Positions 8,911 to 19,190 of a stretch of DNA of 64,000 nucleotides are shown here, piece by piece (the stretch's first letter is position 1; every line of letters begins with the position of its first letter). Under the pieces are notes generated by a model. That model did no database searches, was not told where the DNA came from, and saw nothing but the letters and a program-made list of their open reading frames with translations. Made by a program: the position numbers and the translations under genes. The DNA lies in assembly GCA_002440125.1 (NCBI GenBank), contig DJRQ01000035.1, positions 2,900 through 66,899 of the forward strand. The letters are read 5' to 3'. The stretch comes from Bacillales bacterium UBA6356. GTDB lineage: Bacteria > Bacillota_I > Bacilli_A > RFN20 > CAG-826.

Positions 8911-10358
8911 TCGGAAATTCCTTTCTTCGCCTTTCCAAGAAGAATTGGCGAATGGGGTTTCCCATAGTTTATTTTATCCAAAGAGACCTTTTGGTAAGAA
9001 GCCAATAGAGAGAGGACTTTCGCTTGGCAAAAGCCGCCTTGGCATTTTCCAAAGCCGGCCCTCGTTCTCTTTTTCATCGCCTTGAGAGTCAAACAAGGCA
9101 AAGATCGTGAGAGAACCTCCCTCATTTCCCCTAACGAAACCTCTTCGCAATCGCAAAGGATCTTCCCATAATCCGGATTGTCCTTTATAAGGGCGTCCCT
9201 TTCCTCTTTCGAAAGCTTCTTTGGGGAAATATAAGGTTTCACAAAGGGCGAATAGTTCGCGTTATGAGTAGGTTTTAAGTAAGGGACAACGTATCTTTCC
9301 ACGATATATTCCCCAAGGGCTGGAGAGCTTGCAAGACCGGGAGACTCGATACCGGCGGCATTAAGGAATGAAGGGTCGCCGTTTTGAGGGCCTAAGATAA
9401 AATCATGGGTGCTTGGCGTCGCTCGCATGCCGCTATAAACGCGTATCGATTCATAAAAAGGAATAGATGGAACCATGCGGAGAGCCATTTCTTTGACTTT
9501 CTTAAGGGTCGGTGCATCCGTGCTCAAATCATCGCGATCGTTACCCGGTTCGCTACTAGGTCCAACAAGGTAATTTCCGCTTGTCGTTTTGGCAAGCAAC
9601 ACGCCCTTTCCTTTTTCCGTAGGCAAAGTGAATAAGACGGAATTCACCAATCCTTTAGCGTAATGGTTAAGGACATAGTATTCGCCTTTCCGTGGCTCGA
9701 TTTCCCAAGATATCGGGCCAGCCATTTTGGCGATTTCGTCACTGTGGGTGCCGGCCGCATTGATAACGAGCCTCGTTTCATACTCCCCTTTGCTAGAAGC
9801 GACAACGTAGCCGTTAGGCGTTTTTCTTAAGGCGAGCACTTTCTCGTCTAAATGGAGGAAGACGCCGTTATCAATGGCGTTTTCAAGGGCATGCAAGCTC
9901 AGCAAAAAAGGGTTCACGATGCCACCTTCCTCGCAATAAAGGGCCGCTATCGCTTTTGGTGAGACGTTTGCTTCTTTCTCCCGAAGTTCCTTTTGATTCA
10001 AAATGGTGGCTTTAACCCCATTCTCCTTTGCTCTAAGGAGGAGTTCATTGAGTTTTTTGTTCTCTTCTTCCGAAAAAGAAAGAGTCAAGGTCCCGCATTT
10101 TTCAAAAGGGACATCAAGTTCCTTACATACTCCGCCCATCATCTTATTTCCAAGCACATTCATTTTTGCTTTGAAGGTGCCAGGAAGAGGATCATAACCG
10201 CTATGAACGATAGCGCTATTCGCCATTGTCGCCTCATCAGCGCCATCCAGATCCTTTTCGATGACCAAGGTCTTTAAGCAATATCGGGACAAATTTCGAG
10301 CAATGAAAGAACCAACAACGCCCGCCCCAATGACAATCACATCATACATATCACCCAT
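8907..10358 (-). CDS. FAD-dependent glycerol-3-phosphate dehydrogenase/oxidase-like (GlpA/GlpO family) with C-terminal BFD-like [2Fe-2S] domain
   Basis: The ORF track starts at 10400 (TTG). The first ATG is at 10358 (MGDMYDVIVIGAGVVGS, a GxGxxG FAD motif). C-terminal CDCEEVS...CQGGFC cysteines. Confidence 0.7.
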   Translation of the reverse strand: MGDMYDVIVIGAGVVGSFIARNLSRYCLKTLVIEKDLDGADEATMANSAIVHSGYDPLPGTFKAKMNVLGNKMMGGVCKELDVPFEKCGTLTLSFSEEENKKLNELLLRAKENGVKATILNQKELREKEANVSPKAIAALYCEEGGIVNPFLLSLHALENAIDNGVFLHLDEKVLALRKTPNGYVVASSKGEYETRLVINAAGTHSDEIAKMAGPISWEIEPRKGEYYVLNHYAKGLVNSVLFTLPTEKGKGVLLAKTTSGNYLVGPSSEPGNDRDDLSTDAPTLKKVKEMALRMVPSIPFYESIRVYSGMRATPSTHDFILGPQNGDPSFLNAAGIESPGLASSPALGEYIVERYVVPYLKPTHNANYSPFVKPYISPKKLSKEERDALIKDNPDYGKILCDCEEVSLGEMREVLSRSLPCLTLKAMKKRTRAGFGKCQGGFCQAKVLSLLASYQKVSLDKINYGKPHSPILLGKAKKGISE

Positions 10359-10387
10359 AGTATAGCAAAACTTCTTAGAAAGTTGGT

Positions 10388-10425
10388 TTCCCGAAAACAA
10401 AAAGGCCTAGGACAACCCTAGGCCT
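10388..10425 (-). terminator. Rho-independent terminator downstream of pnp (9-bp stem aggcctagg/cctaggcct)
   Basis: Perfect inverted repeat at 10403-10425, followed on the minus strand by TTTTGTTTTCGG. Confidence 0.5.
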
Positions 10426-10441
10426 AAAACGAAATGCAATT

Positions 10442-12676
10442 CTAGTGACGCGAACCACGTCCACCATCGCGGCGTGGGCCGCCATGGCGGTTTTGAGCGT
10501 GGAAAGAGGAGCTTTTTGGCGCGCGAGGAGCTTCTTCGACATAGCCTTCCGGCTTTTCTTCAAATTCGCGGTGGGAAAGTTTAATTTTGCCTTCCTCTAA
10601 GCCGATAACGACAACTTTCAAGGTGTCACCGACCTTGACGACGTTGGAAGCGTCATCGATGTATTTCCAGCCCAATCGCGAAACATGGCAAAGGCCATCG
10701 GTATCCCCAAAGAGATTCACGAAAGCGCCGTAATTCTCAACTCTGGTTACTTTTCCTTCGAAAATTTCACCGACTTTGGCTTCCCGGACGATGTTATCGA
10801 TTCTCTCTTTGGCTTTCTCGATCATCTCCTTATCGGTGTGATAGATGGTGATACGTCCATCGTCTTCCACATCGATCTTGACATTGCCGCAGGTAGCGAT
10901 GATGTCGTTAATCACTTTTCCACCCGTCCCAATAACCTCGCGGATTTTATCGGGATTGATAGAGAAAGTAACCATCTTAGGCGCATATTTGCTGACTTCT
11001 TTGCGTGGTTCAGCGATGCATTTTTGCATCACTTCACGAATTTCTGCCCGGGCCTTTTTGGCTTGCTCGAGCGCTTCGCTTAAAACTTCGCGCGTCACGC
11101 CATGGATTTTGATATCCATTTGAAGGGCGGTGATGCCAAGCTTGGTGCCAGCGCACTTGAAATCCATATCGCCGAAGTGATCTTCAAGACCTTGGATGTC
11201 AGTGAGGATGGTATAGTGGTTCGTTTCTTTATCGGGGCTACGAGTTGGATCGTTCGTGATTAAGCCCATAGCAATACCGCTAACGACGTTCTTTATAGGG
11301 ACGCCAGCAGCCATCAAAGAAAGGCAACTGGCGCAGATGGAAGCTTGCGAGCTTGAACCATTGCTTTCCACGACATCGGCAACGCAACGGATCGTGTAAG
11401 GGAATTCAACTTCGCTCGGAATGACGTAAGAAAGGGCTCTTTCGCCTAAAGCGCCATGGCCGATTTCCCGACGGCCTGGCATTCCCATTCGACCGATTTC
11501 GCCAACCGAATAAGGCGGAAAATTGTATTGGTGCATGAAACGTTTTTCGCCTTCGTTGGTGATTCCGTCGATCACTTGGGCATCGCTAAGAGGACCTAAA
11601 GTAGTCGTTGAGATGACTTGCGTTTGGCCACGGGTGAACATAGCAGAGCCATGCGTCCGAGGTAGAAGATCAATCTGGGCGTCAAGAGGACGAATCTCAT
11701 CCACTTTTCTTCCATCGGGACGAATCTTTTCTTCGATGATGAGAGTGCGGACAACATGCGCCACCATGCCTTCGAGGATATCCTCGATCATGAGCATTTT
11801 CTCAGCATGGGCTTTTTCGTCTTCGTCTTTAATGCTGTCATATTCTTCGAGGACTTTCTTCTTCAAAGCATCGACGGCGTCTTGTCTTTCGAGTTTATCG
11901 AAAATACGAACGGCTTTTTCTAAATCGGCGCCGATTTCTTCTTGGATATGCCTCTTGATGGCGGGATCAGCGGTAAAAAGCTTGATTTCGCGTTTCTTTT
12001 TCCCTGCCGCTTGAATGATTTCCTCTTCGAAAGCGCAAAGTTTCTTGATGGCTTGGTGACCATACATAATGGCATCAAGCATCTCCTCTTCAGGAACCTC
12101 AGCCGCCCCGGCTTCAACCATCATGATGGCCTCTTTGGTGCCGGCAACGGTCAAATTGATGTCGCTTTTGGCCTTTTGCTCTTCGGTTGGGTCGATAACG
12201 AACTTACCATCCACTCTTCCAACAACAACTCCTGCCACTGGCCCATCGAAAGGTATGTCGCTTACGCAAAGGGCCAAGGAAGCGCCGAACATAGCAGCCA
12301 TTTCCGGGCTGTTGTCTTTATCGCAGCTCATGACCGTACTAACGATTTGCACTTCGTTGCGGAAGCCTTCCGCAAAAAGAGGGCGGATAGGACGATCGAT
12401 GAGACGGGCCGCTAAAGTTTGATGATCATCGGGGCGACCTTCACGGCGCAAAAAGCTTTGGGGGATCTTCCCAGCCGCATATTGTTTTTCGATGTAGTTA
12501 ACGGTAAGTGGGAAGAAGTCGCCGCCTTTTGGCTCATCGGCGCAACAGGCGGTGTTTAAGACGACCGTCTCGCCAAAGCGCACCAAAACGGCGCCATCGG
12601 CTTGCTTGGCAATCTCGCCAAGTTCGACTTTGAGGTTTCTTCCTTCAAAGTCCATTTCGAATGTCTGTTTACTCAT
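10442..12676 (-). CDS. pnp: Polyribonucleotide nucleotidyltransferase (PNPase)
   Basis: Two RNase PH domains plus KH and S1 domains and a C-terminal GR-rich tail. The track ORF is extended upstream. The likely true start is M31 ([12 protein letters not shown]), which has an AAAGGAAAC RBS. Confidence 0.9.
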   Translation of the reverse strand: MSKQTFEMDFEGRNLKVELGEIAKQADGAVLVRFGETVVLNTACCADEPKGGDFFPLTVNYIEKQYAAGKIPQSFLRREGRPDDHQTLAARLIDRPIRPLFAEGFRNEVQIVSTVMSCDKDNSPEMAAMFGASLALCVSDIPFDGPVAGVVVGRVDGKFVIDPTEEQKAKSDINLTVAGTKEAIMMVEAGAAEVPEEEMLDAIMYGHQAIKKLCAFEEEIIQAAGKKKREIKLFTADPAIKRHIQEEIGADLEKAVRIFDKLERQDAVDALKKKVLEEYDSIKDEDEKAHAEKMLMIEDILEGMVAHVVRTLIIEEKIRPDGRKVDEIRPLDAQIDLLPRTHGSAMFTRGQTQVISTTTLGPLSDAQVIDGITNEGEKRFMHQYNFPPYSVGEIGRMGMPGRREIGHGALGERALSYVIPSEVEFPYTIRCVADVVESNGSSSQASICASCLSLMAAGVPIKNVVSGIAMGLITNDPTRSPDKETNHYTILTDIQGLEDHFGDMDFKCAGTKLGITALQMDIKIHGVTREVLSEALEQAKKARAEIREVMQKCIAEPRKEVSKYAPKMVTFSINPDKIREVIGTGGKVINDIIATCGNVKIDVEDDGRITIYHTDKEMIEKAKERIDNIVREAKVGEIFEGKVTRVENYGAFVNLFGDTDGLCHVSRLGWKYIDDASNVVKVGDTLKVVVIGLEEGKIKLSHREFEEKPEGYVEEAPRAPKSSSFHAQNRHGGPRRDGGRGSRH

Positions 12677-12737
12677 TCTTTGTTTCCTTTTTTTATAACT
12701 AACTAACTCTATCACGAAACGCGAAAGATGTTTAGAT

Positions 12738-12766
12738 AAAGAAAAAGCTCCCCCAAAGGGGAGCAA
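12738..12766 (-). terminator. rpsO-pnp intergenic hairpin (attenuator/terminator; stem gctcccc/ggggagc)
   Basis: 7-bp perfect stem at 12748-12765, followed on the minus strand by TTTTTCTTTATC. This is the classic location of the rpsO terminator and pnp leader processing site. Confidence 0.5.
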
Positions 12767-12783
12767 CCAATTCGTATCGCCAA

Positions 12784-13050
12784 TTATTTGCGGAGGCTAA
12801 GGGAAGCGATAAGCTTCTCATAGGCAGGGCGATTGTTCTTTTGAAGATAGGAAAGAAGAGCGTGGCGCTTTCCAACAAGCTCCATGAGGCTTCTTTTGGC
12901 AACCGCATCGCCATGATTGGCCTTAAGATGGGCGGTCAAATCGCTGATTCTCTTGGTGAGGATAGCGACTTGAACCTCGGTATTGCCGGTGTCTTTCGCG
13001 TTTTTGCCATACTTTTGGATGATGACGTTCTTTTCTTCTTTGTTGAGCAT
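12784..13050 (-). CDS. rpsO: 30S ribosomal protein S15
   Basis: 88 aa. The size is canonical for S15, it has the LTxHLK...H motif, and pnp lies downstream. Confidence 0.9.
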   Translation of the reverse strand: MLNKEEKNVIIQKYGKNAKDTGNTEVQVAILTKRISDLTAHLKANHGDAVAKRSLMELVGKRHALLSYLQKNNRPAYEKLIASLSLRK

Positions 13051-13282
13051 TTCTTTTTCTCCTTGTTTATTCTTAGCAATGACAAAGTCTCGTCTTGGAG
13101 AAATGTCGGCGAGACAATGACATGCCGCAAAAGTGACTATACAAGTTTCTTCAAGGAATGCAAGAAGAAAGGGAGCTTTTCGCCCTTTTGTGCAAAAAAA
13201 GAGAACGCTTTCATCATGAATTTATTGTTTATGCGTGCGCCCGAGTCTAAAATTTCGAACGTCGAGGACTCGGAGGTTTTTT

Positions 13283-15124
13283 ATGGACATTCGGAATATC
13301 GCTATCATTGCACACGTCGACCATGGCAAAACGACCTTGGTGAACGCTTTGCTCACAAGCTCTCACACCTTCCGCGACAACGAAGTGGTGACAGACCGTA
13401 TGCTCGATAGCAATCCCATCGAACATGAACGGGGTATCACGATTTTGGCGAAGACCACCGCTGTTCGTTATAAAGATACCAAAATCAACATCGTGGACAC
13501 TCCTGGGCATGCCGATTTCGGAGGGGAAGTCGAACGCATCATGCATATGGTCGACGGATGTCTTCTTTTGGTCGATGCCTACGAAGGCACAATGCCTCAA
13601 ACCCGTTTTGTTTTGAAAAACGCTCTCGAAAACCATATTAAACCCATCGTGGTCATCAATAAAGTCGATCGACCCAATGCCAATCCCCAAAAAGCAGTCG
13701 ATGAAGTCTTAGACCTCTTCATCGAGCTTGGAGCCCCAGAAGACCTCTTGGATTTCCCAGTTTGCTATGTGAGCGCTTTAAATGGAACCTCCTCCCTGGA
13801 TCCGGATCCCAAAACCCAAAAGCCTGGCATGGACCCTCTTTTTGACATGATTTTGGCCAATATACCTGCGCCGAAATGCGATCCTTCTTTGCCATTCCAG
13901 ATGCAAAGCGCGCTTCTAGACTACAACGATTTCGTCGGAAGAATCGGCATTGGAACGGTAAGAAGAGGATCGGTTAAGGTCGGCGATACCTTAACCGATA
14001 TTCGAAAAGATGGCTCCACCACCAATTTCAAAGTGATGAAGCTCTATACCTTCTTCGGCATGAACCGCAACGAGGTCAACGAAGTCGTCGCTCCCGATAT
14101 CTGCGGCATAGCGGGCCTTCCGGATATAGGCGTGAGCGATACCCTTTGCGCTCCTTCGACTTTAGAGGCCCTCCCTCCCCTCCGCGTCGATGAGCCAACG
14201 CTCCAAATGGAATTTGGCACCAATAGTTCCCCAATGCGGGGCCAAGATGGCAAGAAAGTAACGGCTCGCGTCATCGAAGAACGCCTCTACCAAGAAACGC
14301 AAAGAGATGTTTCTTTGCGCTTTGAGAGAGTCCCAAACAAAGAAAGTTGGATTGTTTCGGGAAGGGGCGAACTTCATTTAGGCGTCTTAATCGAGAATAT
14401 GCGTCGCGAAGGCTTCGAACTGGAAGTCGCCAAACCCCAAGTCATCCAGAAAGTGATCGATGGCGTCAAATGCGAGCCTTACGAAGATCTGCAAATCGAC
14501 GTTCCAAACGAATTCGTCGGCGATATGATGACCTCTTTAGGAAATAGAGGCGCCAAACTGGGCGATATGAACGACAATGGTTCTGTGACCCGCTTGAATT
14601 ACGTCATTCCTTCCCGCGGCCTCATCGGCTTCGTGAGCAACTTCCTTACTATGACCAAAGGCTATGGCATCATCAACCACACCTTCAAAGAGTACCGTCC
14701 TATCTATGCCCACGATTTGGGCGAGAGAAATATCGGCGTGTTGGTGTCTACCGATAAAGGCGAAGCCACTTCCTACGCCCTTCAAAAGGTGGAAGAGCAC
14801 GGCACGATGTTCATCACGCCGGGCGATATATGCTACGAAGGCATGATCGTTGGCGAACACCGTTATCCCGTCGATTTGGCCGTCAATTGCACCCAAGCTA
14901 AGCCAATGACGAACGTTCGCTCGAGCACCCGCGAGCTTATGATCGTTCTCAAAGCCCCGCGCAAGATGTCCCTTGAAGCATGCTTGGATTACATCAACCC
15001 GGATGAGCTTGTGGAAATCACACCAAGCGCAATTCGCATGCGAAAACGCATTCTCAATACCGCCGAACGGAAGAAATTCGACGCCCATCAAAAAGCCGCC
15101 AAGGAAGCGCTCCAAGGCAAATAG
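13283..15124 (+). CDS. typA: Translational GTPase TypA/BipA
   Basis: [15 protein letters not shown]1 motif, DTPGH, NKVD, and an EF-G-like domain layout. The start moves to ATG 13283 (GGAGG RBS 6 nt upstream), as the track ORF begins earlier. Confidence 0.9.
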   Translation: MDIRNIAIIAHVDHGKTTLVNALLTSSHTFRDNEVVTDRMLDSNPIEHERGITILAKTTAVRYKDTKINIVDTPGHADFGGEVERIMHMVDGCLLLVDAYEGTMPQTRFVLKNALENHIKPIVVINKVDRPNANPQKAVDEVLDLFIELGAPEDLLDFPVCYVSALNGTSSLDPDPKTQKPGMDPLFDMILANIPAPKCDPSLPFQMQSALLDYNDFVGRIGIGTVRRGSVKVGDTLTDIRKDGSTTNFKVMKLYTFFGMNRNEVNEVVAPDICGIAGLPDIGVSDTLCAPSTLEALPPLRVDEPTLQMEFGTNSSPMRGQDGKKVTARVIEERLYQETQRDVSLRFERVPNKESWIVSGRGELHLGVLIENMRREGFELEVAKPQVIQKVIDGVKCEPYEDLQIDVPNEFVGDMMTSLGNRGAKLGDMNDNGSVTRLNYVIPSRGLIGFVSNFLTMTKGYGIINHTFKEYRPIYAHDLGERNIGVLVSTDKGEATSYALQKVEEHGTMFITPGDICYEGMIVGEHRYPVDLAVNCTQAKPMTNVRSSTRELMIVLKAPRKMSLEACLDYINPDELVEITPSAIRMRKRILNTAERKKFDAHQKAAKEALQGK

Positions 15125-15163
15125 AAGCGTTTGGAAGGCCTCTTTCTTAAGAAGGAGGTCTTT

Positions 15164-15838
15164 TTAGATTAATTTCAAAACCGAATCTCTCAACATCCGA
15201 GCGCATTGATCGAGATTCTTTTCGTATTCTTCGGCACTATTCGAAGAATCGCTCACTAAGCGCAAAGCGCAAAATGGCAAATTTAGGCCAAAGGCGACGC
15301 TGGCTAAGGAAGCGGATTCCATATCGCAGGCAAGGGCCTTCCATTCTTTTCTAAGAAAATCCTTTTTGGCCTCATCGGCGATAAAGCTATCGCCGGACAC
15401 TTCAACGCCTTCGCTCACGATATTTTCCCCGCGAAGTTTTAAGACCAGGAGATTATGGAGGGCGATATCGCTATCGAAATAGACGCGGTTTGGATTGAAA
15501 AATAATCCCCTTTCATCCCCGAAAGCAGTCGTGTCGATATCGTAATTCACAAAGGAAGAAGGGGCGAAATAGGTGAATGGCGGAAGAAGAAGGTCGTTTA
15601 AGGAACCACTTACGCCAAGATTGAAAACGGCATCGACTTCCGGATAAAGGAGAGGGAGAGCGCTTAAAGAGGCAGCACTAAGCGATTTCCCAATCCCGGA
15701 AACGCATAAAACAAAAATTTTATCTTGAAAACGTCGCTTTTCAAAAAGGGCAACCCCATGTCTCTCTCTTTCCAAAAGAGTCGTTTCCTCGAAAATAAGC
15801 TTGGCTTCTTTTTCCATGGCGAAAACAAATGCTTTCAT
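15164..15838 (-). CDS. mtnN: 5'-methylthioadenosine/S-adenosylhomocysteine nucleosidase
   Basis: 224 aa PNP/UDP-1 fold. Motifs MEKEA, SGIGK and GVSGSL are alignable to E. coli Pfs. Confidence 0.65.
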   Translation of the reverse strand: MKAFVFAMEKEAKLIFEETTLLERERHGVALFEKRRFQDKIFVLCVSGIGKSLSAASLSALPLLYPEVDAVFNLGVSGSLNDLLLPPFTYFAPSSFVNYDIDTTAFGDERGLFFNPNRVYFDSDIALHNLLVLKLRGENIVSEGVEVSGDSFIADEAKKDFLRKEWKALACDMESASLASVAFGLNLPFCALRLVSDSSNSAEEYEKNLDQCARMLRDSVLKLI

Positions 15839-16716
15839 AGACGTTTCCTCATTTCTTCTAAATTTCTTTGCAGTTCTTCCTTCAAATCCTCTAGGCTCGA
15901 GAATTTCTTTTCTTGACGCAAATAAAAAGCGAAATCGACGTAAAGAGTCTCCTCATAACAATCTCCTTCGAAGCCATCCAAATAGACTTCGACGATATTG
16001 TGGGAAAGTTTGCCCACCGTTGGCGCCTCGCCCACATTTATAAGGGATTTGTAGCATTTTCCACGAAGGAATGAAGAACCGCAATAAACGCCCCTTGTTG
16101 GCAAAACATATTCAAACGGATCGAGATTGGCCGTGGGAAATTTGATTTTTCTCCCATTTTGAAAGCCTTTCTCCACTTTCCCACATATTTCATAAGGCCG
16201 ACCCAAAAAGGAAGCCGCTTTCGAAACCTCGCCTTGCAAAAGGAGGGTTTTGATAAGACTCGAGCCGACTTTCACGCCATCTTCTTTCAAAAGAGGATAA
16301 GCGAAGGTTTGAAACTCTTTTTTTAAATCCGACGCCTTCCCGCTCCTTAAAGCGCCAAACGAATAGTCCTCGCCAACAACAAGGGAAGAGGGTTGGAGTT
16401 TTTTTAAGACAAGGGTCATGAAATCCTCTTTGGAAAGCCTAAAAAAGGAAGGATCGGTCTTGAGGACGAAAACGTTATTTACGCCATAACGCCCAAAAAG
16501 GCGGATTTTATCAAAGAGGGTCGTTAAGACTTTCTCCTTCTTTTCCCTTTGAAAAGGAGGATCTAACAAAAGAACGGATGGATCACCCATTTCTTTCGCT
16601 TTTTCGATAAGCATTTGATGCCCCAAATGAAGCCCATCAAAATTTCCCAAAAGCAAAGGACCAGAAACCTTAGGAAGAGAAGAATCGCGATAAGAAAAAG
16701 CAAAAATACCCATCAA
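15835..16716 (-). CDS. ribF: Bifunctional riboflavin kinase / FMN adenylyltransferase
   Basis: 293 aa. N-terminal adenylyltransferase motif GNFDGLHLGHQ, and a C-terminal riboflavin-kinase domain. Overlaps truB by 4 nt. Confidence 0.85.
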   Translation of the reverse strand: MMGIFAFSYRDSSLPKVSGPLLLGNFDGLHLGHQMLIEKAKEMGDPSVLLLDPPFQREKKEKVLTTLFDKIRLFGRYGVNNVFVLKTDPSFFRLSKEDFMTLVLKKLQPSSLVVGEDYSFGALRSGKASDLKKEFQTFAYPLLKEDGVKVGSSLIKTLLLQGEVSKAASFLGRPYEICGKVEKGFQNGRKIKFPTANLDPFEYVLPTRGVYCGSSFLRGKCYKSLINVGEAPTVGKLSHNIVEVYLDGFEGDCYEETLYVDFAFYLRQEKKFSSLEDLKEELQRNLEEMRKRL

Positions 16717-17558
16717 AAGAGCCCTCTTTCCGCTTCGAATAGGCTATCTCCGATATTTTTATAGATAAAAACAGCTTTCCCCTCGAAAAGGAGCAAAAGC
16801 CTTTCCTCATTCGAGGAAAGACGGATCTTCCTCCCATTAAAGACGTCTTTCCATTCCTCTAAGCTTAGGGAATAGGTCTTCAATTTCAAAAAGGGCGTCG
16901 GATCAAGAATGTCTTCCTTGGTTATTTCCGATAAACGTTTGGCCTTCGAAACCGATACCCCCGCATCTTCCAATCGACGAAGAGATTCGAGATAGCCATA
17001 AGTGCCAAGCTTTTGAGCGATGTCTTCTCCGAGCACCCGGATATAGGTTCCTTTTTTGACAAGCGCTTCGAAAGAGATTTTGTTCCCTTCCAAAGAAAGG
17101 AGTTTCAACGAATATATTTCGATTTCTCTTTCCTTGCGTTCGACCGTTTTATTCTCTCTTGCGTACTTATAAAGAGGCTTCCCATCCACTTTAATGGCGC
17201 TATAAAGAGGCGGCTTTTGAAGGCTCTTTCCTAAAAAACCTTCGAAAACCCTTAAAATCGTACTCTTTTCTAAATCCGGAACCTCTTTCTTAAAAAGAAG
17301 CTCTCCCTCTTTGTCCCCGGTTAAGGTCTTTGCCCCTAAAACCAAGGTCGCTTGATATCTCTTTTTTCCTTCTGGCAAATAAGGAAAGAATTTCGTCCCT
17401 TTACGAACTCCGACAATCAAAAGACCGGTGGCAAAAGGATCGAGAGTGCCGAGATGACCAACTTTACGAGTGAGAAAAAGCTTACCGATCTGGTTATCGA
17501 TAAAGCGAGAAGTCATGCCTTCCTCTTTGTCAATAAGAACGAGCCCGTTTTCATTCAT
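16713..17558 (-). CDS. truB: tRNA pseudouridine(55) synthase
   Basis: VGHLGTLDPFATGLL catalytic-Asp motif. In the conserved position before ribF. Confidence 0.9.
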   Translation of the reverse strand: MNENGLVLIDKEEGMTSRFIDNQIGKLFLTRKVGHLGTLDPFATGLLIVGVRKGTKFFPYLPEGKKRYQATLVLGAKTLTGDKEGELLFKKEVPDLEKSTILRVFEGFLGKSLQKPPLYSAIKVDGKPLYKYARENKTVERKEREIEIYSLKLLSLEGNKISFEALVKKGTYIRVLGEDIAQKLGTYGYLESLRRLEDAGVSVSKAKRLSEITKEDILDPTPFLKLKTYSLSLEEWKDVFNGRKIRLSSNEERLLLLFEGKAVFIYKNIGDSLFEAERGLF

Positions 17559-17640
17559 ATCATCATTATAGTTATTTTTCGAAAAAGCTTAAAGGTACGC
17601 TCGATAGCCATGAAATCAAGATATATGTATAATCCTGGAT

Positions 17641-18756
17641 ATGGATTATTTAAGAACGCTGCTTTCAAGCCTCCGCAAAGCGGATAACGACTTCTCTCTT
17701 ATTGACGATGGCGATAGAATCGCCGTCGGCTTAAGCGGAGGAAAGGATTCCCTCACCTTGTTAAGGCTCCTTTCCATCTATCCGAAATTTTCGAAAAAGA
17801 ATTTTAAAGTCTTTCCCGTCTTCCTCGATCTCGGCTTTGAATGGAATCGAGACAAACTCGAACCTTTAAGGCGTTATTGCAATTCTTTAGGAATGGAACT
17901 CCATGTGGAGGAAAGCACGTTCGTCTATGAAGTTTTAAAGGCCAACGCCAAGGAAGGGAAACATCTTCCTTGTTCCATTTGCTCCCGCATGAAAAAAGCA
18001 GGCATTAATCGCTATGCCAAGGAGATCGGATGCAACAAAGTCGCCTTCGCCCACCATAGCGACGACGCCGTCGAAACGCTCTTCATGAATATGATCCATG
18101 GAGGAAGAGTCGCTACCTTCGAGCCGAAAATGAAACTCGAACGAGCAAATATCACCTTTATTCGCCCCTTGATCTATTGCCGAGAAAAAGACATACTCGC
18201 CCTTTCGAAAGAAGAAGGTATGCCTGTCACCGATACTTGTTGCCCCGCCAATAGGAAAACGGACCGGGAAGAGACGAAAAAGCTTCTCTTCGAAATCGCT
18301 AAAAAATATCCCGAAAGCGAAGAAAACTTCCGCCTATCTTTAACCAACTACAAGCCTTTTTGCCTTTATTGGAATCGTTTTGAATTCGAAGCGATGGAAG
18401 ACCCTTCGATTGCCATCCGCCCTATCTTAAACGCCTCCGATATGAGACTCTCCAAAAGAGCGGCGAAAAAGCCGCGGAAGAACGAAGAGAATTACCTCAT
18501 TCTTAAGCATCATAAATTGATTGGGGAGTTCTCGCTAGAAAGAAAAAATAAACACCATATCGTTCTTTTCGGAATAAAAGGAGGAAAAGAAGAAACAAAA
18601 ATCGCCCTAGGGGAACTCCTTCGTCGCGAGGTTAAACTCGTTAATCCCTTGAAAGTGGAAATAGAAGGCAACAAAGCCCTAGCCCTTTCTTTTTCGATGC
18701 TCCCTTCTTTCGATTCCAAAAGGCGTTACTACAAGAACTTCCTTCATTTCAAGTAA
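17641..18756 (+). CDS. PP-loop ATPase, TtcA-like tRNA 2-thiocytidine synthase family, with ~80-aa C-terminal extension
   Basis: SGGKDS PP-loop. The CSICSR ... C..PANR cysteine pattern and the DDAVETLFMNM block resemble TtcA. It is 371 aa against about 300 aa for TtcA. Confidence 0.65.
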   Translation: MDYLRTLLSSLRKADNDFSLIDDGDRIAVGLSGGKDSLTLLRLLSIYPKFSKKNFKVFPVFLDLGFEWNRDKLEPLRRYCNSLGMELHVEESTFVYEVLKANAKEGKHLPCSICSRMKKAGINRYAKEIGCNKVAFAHHSDDAVETLFMNMIHGGRVATFEPKMKLERANITFIRPLIYCREKDILALSKEEGMPVTDTCCPANRKTDREETKKLLFEIAKKYPESEENFRLSLTNYKPFCLYWNRFEFEAMEDPSIAIRPILNASDMRLSKRAAKKPRKNEENYLILKHHKLIGEFSLERKNKHHIVLFGIKGGKEETKIALGELLRREVKLVNPLKVEIEGNKALALSFSMLPSFDSKRRYYKNFLHFK

Positions 18757-18760
18757 AATG

Positions 18761-18790
18761 AAAAGGGGCCGTAACGCCCCTCTTTTTTGG
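18761..18790. terminator. Bidirectional rho-independent terminator between the TtcA-like gene (+) and rbfA (-)
   Basis: Stem aggggc/gcccct (18764-18781) flanked by an A-run on the left and a T-run on the right. Confidence 0.5.
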
Positions 18791-18824
18791 TTTTTGACTA
18801 GAAGCAAAATGGCTTTTGGACTAT

Positions 18825-19190
18825 TCACTTCATTCCTTTTTTGGCGTTTTCGATCTCTTCCTCTTCTTTTTTTAAAATCGCATCAAGATGCTCCGCTTCA
18901 TCAAATCTCGAATCATAAATGAAAAGAAGCTCTGGAACTTTGTAAACATCCATCTTTTTGGCTAAGGAAGAGCGAATATAGCCCTTGCAACGATTAAGCT
19001 CTTCCAGATTCTTCTTCGGATTCTTCGAGCCCAAGAAAGAGACATAGATTTTGGCGAGGGAATTGTCGCTATTGACATCGACTTCGTTGACGCTAGGCAA
19101 GCCAAGCACTCTATTTTTAAGCTCGAAAGTCAAAATATCCATGATATTCCGAGCGATAAGCGCTTTGACGCGTCCATTTCTATTGGCCAT
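18825..19190 (-). CDS. rbfA: Ribosome-binding factor A
   Basis: 121 aa KH-like protein. Sits directly downstream of infB, its conserved position. Confidence 0.8.
   Translation of the reverse strand: MANRNGRVKALIARNIMDILTFELKNRVLGLPSVNEVDVNSDNSLAKIYVSFLGSKNPKKNLEELNRCKGYIRSSLAKKMDVYKVPELLFIYDSRFDEAEHLDAILKKEEEEIENAKKGMK

Noticed and set aside
15125-15163. Palindromic tcttaaga-centred sequence between typA (+) and mtnN (-) considered as a bidirectional terminator
   Set aside because: The stem is short and AT-rich with a minimal loop, and the flanking T-runs are weak. It is too marginal to call as a feature.
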